Assembly (NCBI GenBank): GCA_040754455.1
Contig: JBFMCP010000014.1
Coordinates: forward strand, 1-64,000
DNA: 64,000 bases
Direction of reading: 5' to 3'
Source of the DNA: Nitrospirota bacterium
GTDB taxonomy: Bacteria > Nitrospirota > Thermodesulfovibrionia > Thermodesulfovibrionales > Dissulfurispiraceae
A program made the position numbers and the translations under genes. The notes beneath the pieces were generated by a model. It was given only the letters and a program-made list of their open reading frames with translations. It did not search any database and was not told where the DNA came from. Shown here one piece after another: positions 27,885 through 37,059 of this stretch (its first letter is position 1; each line of letters begins with the position of its first letter).

Positions 27885-28730
27885 ATGAGCAGGATAGAGA
27901 AGGCGTTAGAGAAAGCGGTACAGCTGAGGGGCACTGAGAGTGAGGGAGGTGCGGACGAGCAGGCACCGGTAAGCAAGCCGGCATTCAAGAGAGAGCGTGT
28001 GGTCCCCCTGCGGGAACTGACCGTCGATAGTCCCTATATTATTACCATCACCGAACCTGCCTCGCCCATTGCCGAAGAGTACCGGAAACTGAAATCGCTC
28101 ATCGTGAAACAGACCAAGCTGGGCGGCTTCCAGAACACGATCATGGTGACGAGTTCGCTCGGATGGGAAGGGAAGAGCATTACCGCCCTGAACCTCGCCG
28201 TCACCCTCTCACAGGAATACGACCACACGGTGCTACTCGTCGATGCCGATCTGAGGAAGCCCTCCCTGCACGGCTATTTTAAGCTGATGCCGGAGATCGG
28301 TCTTGCTGATTGCCTCCTCGACGAGGCTACCCTCGGCGACGCCCTGATCCAGACCGGCATAGGAAAGCTTGCGCTCCTCCCTGCCGGCAAGAGGGTCAAG
28401 GACCCTGTCGAGCTGCTCTCGTCCCAGAAAATGAACGATCTGATCACGGAAATGAAGCATCGCTATTCCGACCGTTACATTATTATCGATACCCCTCCCA
28501 TCCTCCCCTTTGCCGAAACGCATGCGATCAGCTGCATGGCTGATGGCGTGGTCTTTGTCGTCAAGGAGGGATTGGCAACACTGCAAAATATCAACGATGC
28601 ACTGGAGATTCTTAAAGAGAGCAGAATGCTGGGCATCGTCTACAACGATGCAGGGGCGCTCGACCTCGTCAATCATTATTACGCCGGCCACTACTACGGT
28701 AGCAGAGCAACGGCAAAGGATGGTAAGTAG
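27885..28730 (+). CDS. Polysaccharide-associated tyrosine autokinase (CpsD/CapB type)
   Basis: Motifs AEEYRKL, Walker A SSLGWEGKS, VLLVDADLRKP, IIIDTPP and C-terminal Tyr cluster HYYAGHYYG. Confidence 0.9.
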   Translation: MSRIEKALEKAVQLRGTESEGGADEQAPVSKPAFKRERVVPLRELTVDSPYIITITEPASPIAEEYRKLKSLIVKQTKLGGFQNTIMVTSSLGWEGKSITALNLAVTLSQEYDHTVLLVDADLRKPSLHGYFKLMPEIGLADCLLDEATLGDALIQTGIGKLALLPAGKRVKDPVELLSSQKMNDLITEMKHRYSDRYIIIDTPPILPFAETHAISCMADGVVFVVKEGLATLQNINDALEILKESRMLGIVYNDAGALDLVNHYYAGHYYGSRATAKDGK

Positions 28731-28735
28731 GCGCC

Positions 28736-29932
28736 ATGTACGAAGCGTTCTTCAATTTCAGGACAAAGCCTTTTGAGCTGGTGCCGAACCCCGACTTTCT
28801 CTTCGTCAGCAAGGCGCACAAACGGGCGATGACCTATCTCGATTACGGGATAAAGGAAAAGGCGGGATTCATCCTCCTCACCGGTGAGGTAGGGTCGGGA
28901 AAGACGACGCTGCTCAGGGACCTGCTCAAAAAGCTGCACGGACGGGTGACCGTCTCGAAGGTGTTCAATACGAAGGTGAACTCGGAGCAGCTGATCGCCA
29001 TGATCAATGACGATTTCGGCCTCCCCATCAGGGGCAAGGACAAGGTGCAGCTCCTGAAGGACCTCTATGACTTTCTTATCGGGCAGTATGCGAAGGGGTA
29101 CCACTCGGTACTCATTATCGACGAGGCGCAGAACCTCAATGCCGAACTGCTCGAAGAGGTCAGGATGCTCTCGAACCTCGAGACCGACAATGCCAAGCTA
29201 CTCCAGATCATCCTCGCCGGCCAGCCGGAACTGAGGAAGACGCTCTCCTTGCCCGAGCTGCAGCAGTTCAGGCAGCGGATTAATATCAGCTGTCATGTCT
29301 ATCCTCTGACGAGGCCTGAAATGGAGGAGTACATCCTCCACCGGCTCGAAGTGGCAGGCAACAAGGATGCCGTACATTTCCCCGAGGCTACACTGGACAG
29401 CATCTACCAGTTCAGCAGGGGCGTGCCGCGGCTGATCAACATTATCTGTGATTTTCTCTTGATCTCTGCTTTTGTAGAGGAGACGAAGGAGCTGAGTGCC
29501 GAGATGGTCGCCGAGGTGATCGGCGATCTCGAGATGGAGAACCGCTACTGGGCGTTCGAGACGTCCATCAAAGAGGTAATGGACGGGAACGGTCAGAGGG
29601 CCTTTGGAGAAGAAGAGCGGAAATATTACGACGAGATAAAAGGCCTTTTGAGCAGTATGAACCTCCGCCTCGACGCGCTCGAAAAGGGGGCTTCGAGGCT
29701 CGGCCCCGGCGTTCCGATCGACACGGGGAAGCGGCTGGACCTTTTCGAGAAGTTCATGAAGGAGCATATAAGGAAAACAGAGTCCTCGCTCGCCGCCTTA
29801 AGGAGTACCATTGAAGAGTATGAGAAGCGATTGCCGTATGGCGGGCCGGATGCCAAGGAATCCAAAAGAACGAAAAAGAGCCTTTTGAGACGTATTTTCA
29901 TGCTTCCCGAGAGAAGAGTGCGAAGCGTCTGA
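28736..29932 (+). CDS. XrtA/PEP-CTERM-associated ExeA-like AAA ATPase
   Basis: Motifs MYEAFF..KPFEL.PNPDF, TGEVGSGKTT, IIDEAQNL, LAGQPEL, GVPRLINIICD. Confidence 0.9.
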   Translation: MYEAFFNFRTKPFELVPNPDFLFVSKAHKRAMTYLDYGIKEKAGFILLTGEVGSGKTTLLRDLLKKLHGRVTVSKVFNTKVNSEQLIAMINDDFGLPIRGKDKVQLLKDLYDFLIGQYAKGYHSVLIIDEAQNLNAELLEEVRMLSNLETDNAKLLQIILAGQPELRKTLSLPELQQFRQRINISCHVYPLTRPEMEEYILHRLEVAGNKDAVHFPEATLDSIYQFSRGVPRLINIICDFLLISAFVEETKELSAEMVAEVIGDLEMENRYWAFETSIKEVMDGNGQRAFGEEERKYYDEIKGLLSSMNLRLDALEKGASRLGPGVPIDTGKRLDLFEKFMKEHIRKTESSLAALRSTIEEYEKRLPYGGPDAKESKRTKKSLLRRIFMLPERRVRSV

Positions 29933-29961
29933 ATTTCTGCACCGCAATGCCATAGAGGAGT

Positions 29962-30477
29962 ATGGTGATGAGCAATGAGCAACTTGCCTGGTATGCACTG
30001 TATGTAAAATCACGGCATGAGTTTGTGACGCAGGGTGAATTGGGCAAAAAAGGGATCGATGCCTACCTGCCTGCCGTGAAGAAGGTACGACAGTGGAAGG
30101 ACCGGAAAAAGCTTGTTGAGTTGCCACTCTTCCCCGGCTACTGTTTCGCACGCATTGCTCCCGATCCGGAGGCATTGCTGACCGTGCTCAAGACGAGGGG
30201 CGTGGTGTCGCTTGTTTCGACGGCCCCCGGTGCCCCTGCACCGGTGCCCGACGAAGAGATCGCTTCGCTCAAGCTGCTTGTTGAGAGCGGCAGTGAATTC
30301 GACATCTATCCTCACCTGAAGGAGGGTGTCCGCGTCAGGATCAAGCGTGGACCGCTAAGGGGCGCGGAAGGGATCCTCAGAAAAAAAGAGGGTGCCTATA
30401 CCTTTCTGGTGGGGATCGAGCTGCTCGGCAGGAGTGTCGGTGTCGCCGTCGACGGCGACGATGTGGAGACGGTCTAA
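29962..30477 (+). CDS. UpxY/RfaH/LoaP-type NusG-paralog transcription antiterminator
   Basis: NGN domain (WYALYVKSRHE, RQWKDRKK..ELPLFPGYCF) and KOW domain (GVRVRIKRGPLRGAEG). GAGGAG RBS. Confidence 0.9.
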   Translation: MVMSNEQLAWYALYVKSRHEFVTQGELGKKGIDAYLPAVKKVRQWKDRKKLVELPLFPGYCFARIAPDPEALLTVLKTRGVVSLVSTAPGAPAPVPDEEIASLKLLVESGSEFDIYPHLKEGVRVRIKRGPLRGAEGILRKKEGAYTFLVGIELLGRSVGVAVDGDDVETV

Positions 30478-30707
30478 GTGTTTCACCTCAGGAAGACGGT
30501 TGCGTTCGGGCACCGCACCGGTCACCATCCCGTTCGGTTGATGGTGATGCAATAACAGCAGTACGCTGCATATCCAGAGGCTGCTGGCATCGGACGCCAC
30601 GGCCGACTGCATTGATCCGGTTGCCGGAATACCCTTCTCAGGTAGCTTCATGTAACTGAGGAGGCGGAGCATTGGGAAATAAAGGACTAAAAACCGGAGG
30701 TTTTACC

Positions 30708-31478
30708 ATGAAAGCGGTTATTCTTGCCGGTGGTTTTGGTACACGGCTCTCCGAAGAGACGACGCTGCGCCCGAAGCCGATGGTAGAGATCGGCGGCAAG
30801 CCGATGCTCTGGCATATCATGAATATTTACAGCGCGCACGGCGTAAAGGAATTCATCATCGCCGTCGGGTACAAAGCCGAGGTGATCAAGGAATACTTCC
30901 TTAACTTTTATGCCATCAATAACGACATCTCCATCGACCTCTCGAGCGGTGAAACCATCATACATGGAAACAACGGGCCGAAGTGGAAGATCCATGTGAT
31001 CGATACGGGGCTTCACACCCAGACAGGGGGCCGGCTCAAACGGCTGAAACGGTTTCTTCAAAACGACGAGTGCTTCATGTTTACCTATGGTGACGGGGTG
31101 GCCGATATCAATATCAGCGAGCTCCTGGAGTTCCATCGGTCGCACGGAAAACTCGCAACGGTGACAACGGTCCGCTCGCCGGCACGATTCGGCAGGATCG
31201 GCTTCAATAATGACATGATCACCGAATTTTACGAGAAGCCCCAGGCGGCCGAAGGGTGGATCAACGGCGGCTACTTCGTGCTCTGTCCCAGCGTCATCGA
31301 CTACATCGATGGCGACGCGACCATTTGGGAGCGGGACCCCATCGAACGCCTTGCCCGTGACGGACAACTCATGGGGTACCGGCACTACGGTTTCTGGTCA
31401 TGCATGGATACTCTCAAGGAGAAGAATACGCTGGAGGAGCTCTGGAACTCGGGGAATCCGCCCTGGAAGGTTTGGTGA
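30708..31478 (+). CDS. rfbF: Glucose-1-phosphate cytidylyltransferase
   Basis: Motifs MKAVILAGGFGTRLSEET..PKPMVEIGG, FTYGDG, WINGGYF, FWSCMDTLKE. GGAGG before ATG 30708. Confidence 0.95.
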   Translation: MKAVILAGGFGTRLSEETTLRPKPMVEIGGKPMLWHIMNIYSAHGVKEFIIAVGYKAEVIKEYFLNFYAINNDISIDLSSGETIIHGNNGPKWKIHVIDTGLHTQTGGRLKRLKRFLQNDECFMFTYGDGVADINISELLEFHRSHGKLATVTTVRSPARFGRIGFNNDMITEFYEKPQAAEGWINGGYFVLCPSVIDYIDGDATIWERDPIERLARDGQLMGYRHYGFWSCMDTLKEKNTLEELWNSGNPPWKVW

Positions 31479-31482
31479 ATAT

Positions 31483-32574
31483 ATGGATGCCGACATTACC
31501 ATAATAGGAGCAGGCGTCATCGGCCTCGCTATTGCCGCAGAATGCGCCGACGAGCGGTTAAATATCTATCTCCTCGAAAAAAACGGTTCGCACGGCAGGG
31601 GGATCAGTTCGCGGAACAGCGAGGTGATCCATGCAGGACTCTACTACCCTTCCGGATCGCTCAAGGGAAGGTTATGCATCGAGGGGAGAACGATGCTCTA
31701 CGAGCTCTGTACGCGGTATGCGCTTCCCCACAAAAAGACCGGGAAATTGCTCATCGCCGCGACGGAACATGAAATGCCGAAGGTCGAGCAGCTCTGGAGC
31801 AATGCGCGGCAGAACGGCGTCACGTCCGTGTCTCTGCTTGACCAAAGGCAGATTATGCGGCTGGAGCCGAACATCAGGGCCTTCGGAGCGCTCTACTCTC
31901 CTGAAACGGGAATCCTCAATGTCCACGCCCTGATGGATTACTATCTCCACGCAGCAAAGGGAAAAGGGGTGGAGATCGCCTGTCGGACGGAGGTGAAGGG
32001 GATCGAGCCCATTTCAGGCGGCTACAGGGTAATGACCATGAACGGAGCGGGCGAGTACTTCGAATTCAGTACCGAGCGAGTCATCAACGCCGCCGGCCTC
32101 CATTCGGATACCATCGCACGGATGGTGGGGAAAGACTACACGCTCCATTACTGCAAGGGCAATTACTTCAGCATCACTACCGGACTGAAAGGGATGGTGC
32201 AGCGGCTGGTATATCCCGTGCCGGAAGAGCACCATGTCGGGTTGGGCGTCCACCTTACACTGGACCTGACCGGCCGCATGAAGCTGGGGCCCGATGCAAC
32301 CTATATCGGCCGGTACGAAGACTACCGCGTCGATAAGGAACGGGCCGACCTCTTCTATGCGTCGGCAGTGAAATTCCTTCCCTTTATAAAGCGCGAGGAG
32401 ATTGTTCCTGACATGGCCGGCATACGTCCGAAACTTCAGGGCGAAGGCGAGCCGTTCCGTGACTTCATCATCAGCGAGGATCTGCCGGGGTTCATCAACC
32501 TCGTCGGTATAGAGTCTCCGGGGCTGACCGCTGCTCCTGCCATCGCCCGTTACGTCAAGAATCTCCTTACGTAA
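31483..32574 (+). CDS. FAD-dependent oxidoreductase, L-2-hydroxyglutarate oxidase (LhgO)-like family
   Basis: Motifs IIGAGVIG, SSRNSEVIHAGLYY, INAAGLHSD, LGVHLT, GIRPKL, GIESPGLT. Confidence 0.85.
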   Translation: MDADITIIGAGVIGLAIAAECADERLNIYLLEKNGSHGRGISSRNSEVIHAGLYYPSGSLKGRLCIEGRTMLYELCTRYALPHKKTGKLLIAATEHEMPKVEQLWSNARQNGVTSVSLLDQRQIMRLEPNIRAFGALYSPETGILNVHALMDYYLHAAKGKGVEIACRTEVKGIEPISGGYRVMTMNGAGEYFEFSTERVINAAGLHSDTIARMVGKDYTLHYCKGNYFSITTGLKGMVQRLVYPVPEEHHVGLGVHLTLDLTGRMKLGPDATYIGRYEDYRVDKERADLFYASAVKFLPFIKREEIVPDMAGIRPKLQGEGEPFRDFIISEDLPGFINLVGIESPGLTAAPAIARYVKNLLT

Positions 32575-32577
32575 AAG

Positions 32578-32701
32578 CAGAATTCAGGAGCCAGGAGTCA
32601 GAATCCAGAATATCCAGCAGAAGGAACAAGACAGAATAAAATAAAAGTTTCAGAGACTACCTCATTTTATTCTGACTTCTGGCTCCTGTCTCCTGGATTC
32701 T
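32578..32701. repeat. Inverted arrays of tandem heptamers CAG(G/A)A(G/A)N forming a long hairpin
   Basis: Left arm CAGAATT CAGGAGC CAGGAGT CAGAATC CAGAATA (32578-612). Right arm is a reverse-complement array (32668-701). 32585-604 and 32669-688 are complementary at 19/20 positions. Confidence 0.8.
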
Positions 32702-32749
32702 AAGTATACATTTGCTAATCAACGAGCATACCGCAAAGGAGAACAGGTG

Positions 32750-33826
32750 ATGAACATTTTGATTACGGGTAATATGGGATACATTGGACCTTCTGTCGTC
32801 GAGCGACTTCGCTCCTCATATCCTGAGGCGGTGTTGACAGGCTTCGATACGGGGTACTTCGCCCATTGTCTGACCAATGCAAGGACGTTTCCGGAGTGCC
32901 GGGTGAACCTTCAGCATTTCGGCGATGTAAGGACGCTGCGTGCCGACGTTCTGAAGGACATTGATGCGGTGGTGCATCTTGCCGCCATATCCAACGATCC
33001 CATGGGGAACACCTTTGAGGATGTTACGTTCGATATCAACTACCGGTCGAGCGTTGTGCTAGCAAAGATGGCGCGTGAGGCAGGGGTAAAGACCTTTGTC
33101 TATGCATCGAGCTGCAGCATGTACGGCGCAGCCGACGATGGCCCCAGGGACGAGAGATCGCCGCTCAACCCGCTTACTGCCTACGCGAAATCAAAGGTCA
33201 TGACGGAGAGAGAGCTGGCGCAGCTTGCCAATGATGATTTTATCGTGACCAGCCTGCGCTTCTCGACTGCCTGCGGGATGAGCGAACGGCTGCGGCTGGA
33301 TCTGGTGCTCAATGATTTTGTTGCCGGTGCAGTGACTTCAAAAAAAATTACGATCTTAAGCGACGGCACTCCCTGGCGGCCGCTCATCAATGTAAAAGAC
33401 ATGGCGAGAGCGATTGACTGGGCAACAGGCCGGACAGCGGACAACGGAGGCCAATTTCTGGCGGTCAATATCGGCAGCAATGAGTGGAACTATCAGGTCA
33501 GGGATCTGGCACAGGCCGTCGCCGAGGTTATTCCGGGTACGGAAATGTCGATCAACAAGGATGCACAGCCCGACAAGCGGTCGTATCGGGTAAGCTTTGA
33601 CCTCTTCAAGGCGCTGGCCCCGGATCATCAACCGCAGGTTGACCTCATCACCACGATTAGGGAGCTTAAGGAGGGCCTTGAGGCGATGCACTTCAGCAAC
33701 AATAATTTCCGCAACTCTGCGTTTATGCGATTGAAGGTCCTGCAGTCGCTGCGTGAGAGCGGTCTGTTAACCAACAGCCTCGAGTGGTCAAGGAACGGGA
33801 AGAACGGACAAGGAGCGGCACAATGA
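32750..33826 (+). CDS. NAD-dependent epimerase/dehydratase (extended SDR)
   Basis: Motifs ITGNMGYIG, HLAAISNDP, ASSCSMYG, YAKSK, LRLDLVLN, DKRSYRV. Confidence 0.9.
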   Translation: MNILITGNMGYIGPSVVERLRSSYPEAVLTGFDTGYFAHCLTNARTFPECRVNLQHFGDVRTLRADVLKDIDAVVHLAAISNDPMGNTFEDVTFDINYRSSVVLAKMAREAGVKTFVYASSCSMYGAADDGPRDERSPLNPLTAYAKSKVMTERELAQLANDDFIVTSLRFSTACGMSERLRLDLVLNDFVAGAVTSKKITILSDGTPWRPLINVKDMARAIDWATGRTADNGGQFLAVNIGSNEWNYQVRDLAQAVAEVIPGTEMSINKDAQPDKRSYRVSFDLFKALAPDHQPQVDLITTIRELKEGLEAMHFSNNNFRNSAFMRLKVLQSLRESGLLTNSLEWSRNGKNGQGAAQ

Positions 33827-35064
33827 GAAACAGTGAAAGAAAATGCCGCTTCTGCGGAACTCCTTTAAAGGATACGTTTGCCGATCTCGGCATGTCGCCG
33901 CTTGCGAATTCTTATCTTACCCATGACCGCCTCCATCACATGGAGCCGTTCTATCCGCTCCATGTCTATGTGTGCCACCACTGCCTTCTCGTCCAGCTGC
34001 CCGTGTCTGAGACTCCGGAGCGCATCTTCAGCGACTATGCCTATTTCTCCTCCTATTCGAGCAGCTGGCTTGCCCATGCGAAGAACTATGTGGAAATGAT
34101 GGTCGAACGGTTCGGCATCGGTCCACGGAGCCGTGTGGTCGAAATCGCCAGCAATGACGGTTATCTTCTCCGGTACTTTAAGGAGAAAGGCATACCGGTC
34201 CTGGGCATTGAGCCTGCAAAGAATGTGGCAAAGGCCGCGATGGATGCAGGGATCCCGACGATTACCGAATTCTTCGGCGTGAAGACCGCCGTAAAACTCT
34301 CTGCGGGATGGGAACAGGCCGACCTTTTGATCGGCAACAATGTGCTTGCCCATGTGCCCGACCTGATCGATTTCGTGAAAGGGATGAAGGTCTTCCTGAG
34401 TACGCACGGCATTATCACCATGGAGTTCCCCCATCTGATGCGACTGATGCACGAGCGGCAGTTCGATACGATCTACCATGAGCACTTCTCCTACTTCTCC
34501 TTTCTCACGGTGCGGAAGATCTTTGCGGCACACGGTCTGACCATCTTCGATGTCGACGAGCTCCCTACGCATGGAGGATCGCTCCGGATCTACGCGCGTC
34601 ACGATTATGATCTCTCGAGGCCGGTGAGCCTGAAAGTCACTGAGCTGCTCGAGCGGGAAAGAGAGGCGGGCTTCGAAGAGCTCGATCTGTACCGCTCTTT
34701 CGATGAGGAGGTGAAGAGGGTAAAGCGGGCCATCCTGGACTTCATGCTCCGAGTGAAGAGGGAGGGGAAATCCATTGTGGGCTATGGCGCTCCGGCCAAG
34801 GGCAACACGATCCTGAATTACTGCGGCATAAGGACCGACTTCATTGACTACACTGTCGACCTGAGCCCGCACAAACAAAACCGTTATCTGCCGGGATCGC
34901 ATATACCGATTTACCATCCCGACAGAATCAAGGAGACCAGGCCTGATTATGTGCTGATCCTCCCCTGGAATCTCAAACAGGAGATCATGGAGCAGATCTC
35001 CTACATCAAAGGGTGGGGAGGCCGGTTTGCCGTACTCATACCTGACGTGAGCGTGTTCTCGTGA
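33823..35064 (+). CDS. SAM-dependent NDP-sugar C-methyltransferase family
   Basis: Zn-binding CRFC...CHHC, DLGMSPLAN, EIASNDGYLL, NNVLAHV, FDTIYHEH, GYGAPAKG, LPWN. Confidence 0.9.
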   Translation: MRNSERKCRFCGTPLKDTFADLGMSPLANSYLTHDRLHHMEPFYPLHVYVCHHCLLVQLPVSETPERIFSDYAYFSSYSSSWLAHAKNYVEMMVERFGIGPRSRVVEIASNDGYLLRYFKEKGIPVLGIEPAKNVAKAAMDAGIPTITEFFGVKTAVKLSAGWEQADLLIGNNVLAHVPDLIDFVKGMKVFLSTHGIITMEFPHLMRLMHERQFDTIYHEHFSYFSFLTVRKIFAAHGLTIFDVDELPTHGGSLRIYARHDYDLSRPVSLKVTELLEREREAGFEELDLYRSFDEEVKRVKRAILDFMLRVKREGKSIVGYGAPAKGNTILNYCGIRTDFIDYTVDLSPHKQNRYLPGSHIPIYHPDRIKETRPDYVLILPWNLKQEIMEQISYIKGWGGRFAVLIPDVSVFS

Positions 35065-35597
35065 TCTTTACGCCAACGGTCCTGCAGGGCGTCTTTATCA
35101 TTGAACAGGAGCGGTCGGAAGACGAACGGGGATACTTTGCCCGGACCTGGTGCCTCCGGGAGTTCAAGGCGCGCGGCTTGAATCACCGACTTGCCCAGTG
35201 CAGTACATCCCTGAGCAGAAAGCAGGGGACTCTCCGCGGTATGCACTACCAAACAGCACCTCACATGGAAGACAAGCTGGTCCGCTGTATACGCGGGTCG
35301 GTCTACGATGTCGTCGTTGACCTCCGGCCCGACTCGCCGACCTACTGCCGATGGACCGCAGCCGAGCTCACGGAAGAGAGCGGGAAGATGGTGTATGTGC
35401 CGGCAGGTTGCGCACACGGCTTTATTACCTTGCGGGACAACACGGAGGTCTTCTACCAGATATCGGAGTTTTATACACCCGCTGCCGTGCGGGGAGTCAG
35501 ATGGAACGACCCCGCCTTCGGCATCCACTGGCCTGTCGAGATCACGGTGATATCCGAGCGGGACAGAAGTTATCCGGATTTCAACGTGGAGCAGTGA
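35061..35597 (+). CDS. rfbC: NDP-4-keto-6-deoxysugar 3,5-epimerase (RmlC family)
   Basis: Motifs DERGYFAR, GTLRGMHYQ, DVVVDLRPDSPT, VPAGCAHGF, RWNDPAFGI.WP. Confidence 0.88.
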   Translation: MIFTPTVLQGVFIIEQERSEDERGYFARTWCLREFKARGLNHRLAQCSTSLSRKQGTLRGMHYQTAPHMEDKLVRCIRGSVYDVVVDLRPDSPTYCRWTAAELTEESGKMVYVPAGCAHGFITLRDNTEVFYQISEFYTPAAVRGVRWNDPAFGIHWPVEITVISERDRSYPDFNVEQ

Positions 35598-35686
35598 TTA
35601 AAAGGATGTACGTGGTCCGGTAGTGGTTTGCGCCGCGTAAGTACCGGTTGAACGGGAAGTGATACAGCGACAGGAGCATCTTTGCA

Positions 35687-37045
35687 ATGTACGATACAAG
35701 AAGTAATACCCCGAATACTCCGGACAGCACCGCCGGCCTGGCGCATCTGATGCACGGCGTGGCAGACGTTGTCGGTCAACAGCTCTACCATTTGGTTGAG
35801 CAGCTGTATCCCCTCTGCAGAAGCATTACGGGCAACGGTGTGCGACAGACACTCGATATCCTGCAGTCGTATATTCCACTCACCGTCCATGAGGTCCCTA
35901 CCGGAACAAAAGTCTTCGACTGGACCGTGCCCAGGGAATGGAATATACGGGATGCGTATATCAAAAACGACCGTGGTGAGAGAATTGTCGATTTCAGACA
36001 ATCAAACCTGCATGTACTGAATTACAGCGTGCCTATCCATAAGAAGGTTTCGCTCAATGAATTGAAGGAGCACCTCTTCACCATACCGGAGCACCCGGAC
36101 CGGATTCCTTACCGCACCTCATATTACAAGGAGAATTGGGGGTTCTGCATACGCCACGACCAGCTGCGGTCGCTTGCCGACGAAGACTATGAAGTGTGCA
36201 TCGACTCCTCGCTCGAAGAGGGAGCGCTGACCTATGGCGAATACTTCATCAAGGGTGAGCGTGCCGAAGAGGTGCTCCTTTCTTGCCATACCTGTCATCC
36301 TTCGTTGTGCAATGACAACCTTTCGGCCATTGCCGTGCTGACGCTCCTGGCGCAGACCCTCGGCAGGCTACCGCTGCGCTATTCATATCGCTTTCTGTTT
36401 ATCCCCGGGACCATCGGCTCGCTCACCTGGCTCGCCCGTAATGAGGAGAAGGTCCCGAACATACGTTTCGGGCTTGTTGCCGCAGGCATCGGTGATGCGG
36501 GACCTTTTACCTATAAAAAGAGCCGCCGCGGCGATGCGGCAATCGATCGTATCGCTGCGAATGTCCTGAAGAGCTCCGGGAAACCGTATGCGATTGTCGA
36601 TTTCAGCCCTGTCGGATATGATGAGCGGCAGTACTGCTCGCCCGGCTTCAATATGCCTGTCGGCTGCCTGATGAGAACACCCCACGGCTGTTATCCCGAG
36701 TACCATACCTCTGCGGATAACCCCGATTTCGTGAGGCCTGAGCATCTTGCGGAATCGCTTTCAATCTGTGCGGCGATCATCAACGGCATAGAGCGGAACA
36801 GGAAGTATATAAACCGTAACCCCAAAGGAGAGCCCCAGCTCGGCAGGCGGGGGCTGTACGATATGGTCGGCGGCCGGAGCGACCGCAGATTGCGGGAGCT
36901 GGCGATGCTGTGGGTCTTGAATCTGTCGGACGGCACCGCCTCATTATTGGATATCTCGGAACGATCAGGGCTTGATTTCAAAGTTATTGCCGAAGCTGCT
37001 GATCTGTTATTGACGCATGGTCTGCTCAGGGAATCTCCTGAGTAA
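35687..37045 (+). CDS. DUF4910-type protein (aminopeptidase-like fold with C-terminal winged helix)
   Basis: Motifs LYPLCRSITGNGVR, VFDWTVP.EW, IPYRTSYY, CHPSLCNDNLS, GYDERQYCSPG, YPEYHTSAD. Confidence 0.85.
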   Translation: MYDTRSNTPNTPDSTAGLAHLMHGVADVVGQQLYHLVEQLYPLCRSITGNGVRQTLDILQSYIPLTVHEVPTGTKVFDWTVPREWNIRDAYIKNDRGERIVDFRQSNLHVLNYSVPIHKKVSLNELKEHLFTIPEHPDRIPYRTSYYKENWGFCIRHDQLRSLADEDYEVCIDSSLEEGALTYGEYFIKGERAEEVLLSCHTCHPSLCNDNLSAIAVLTLLAQTLGRLPLRYSYRFLFIPGTIGSLTWLARNEEKVPNIRFGLVAAGIGDAGPFTYKKSRRGDAAIDRIAANVLKSSGKPYAIVDFSPVGYDERQYCSPGFNMPVGCLMRTPHGCYPEYHTSADNPDFVRPEHLAESLSICAAIINGIERNRKYINRNPKGEPQLGRRGLYDMVGGRSDRRLRELAMLWVLNLSDGTASLLDISERSGLDFKVIAEAADLLLTHGLLRESPE

Positions 37046-37059
37046 TCTCTTTTACCGTT

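Noticed and set aside
35615..35650. CCGGTAG as an ops element, with a CCGGTA/TACCGG stem
   Set aside because: Partial match only and a 6-bp stem, within chance expectation.
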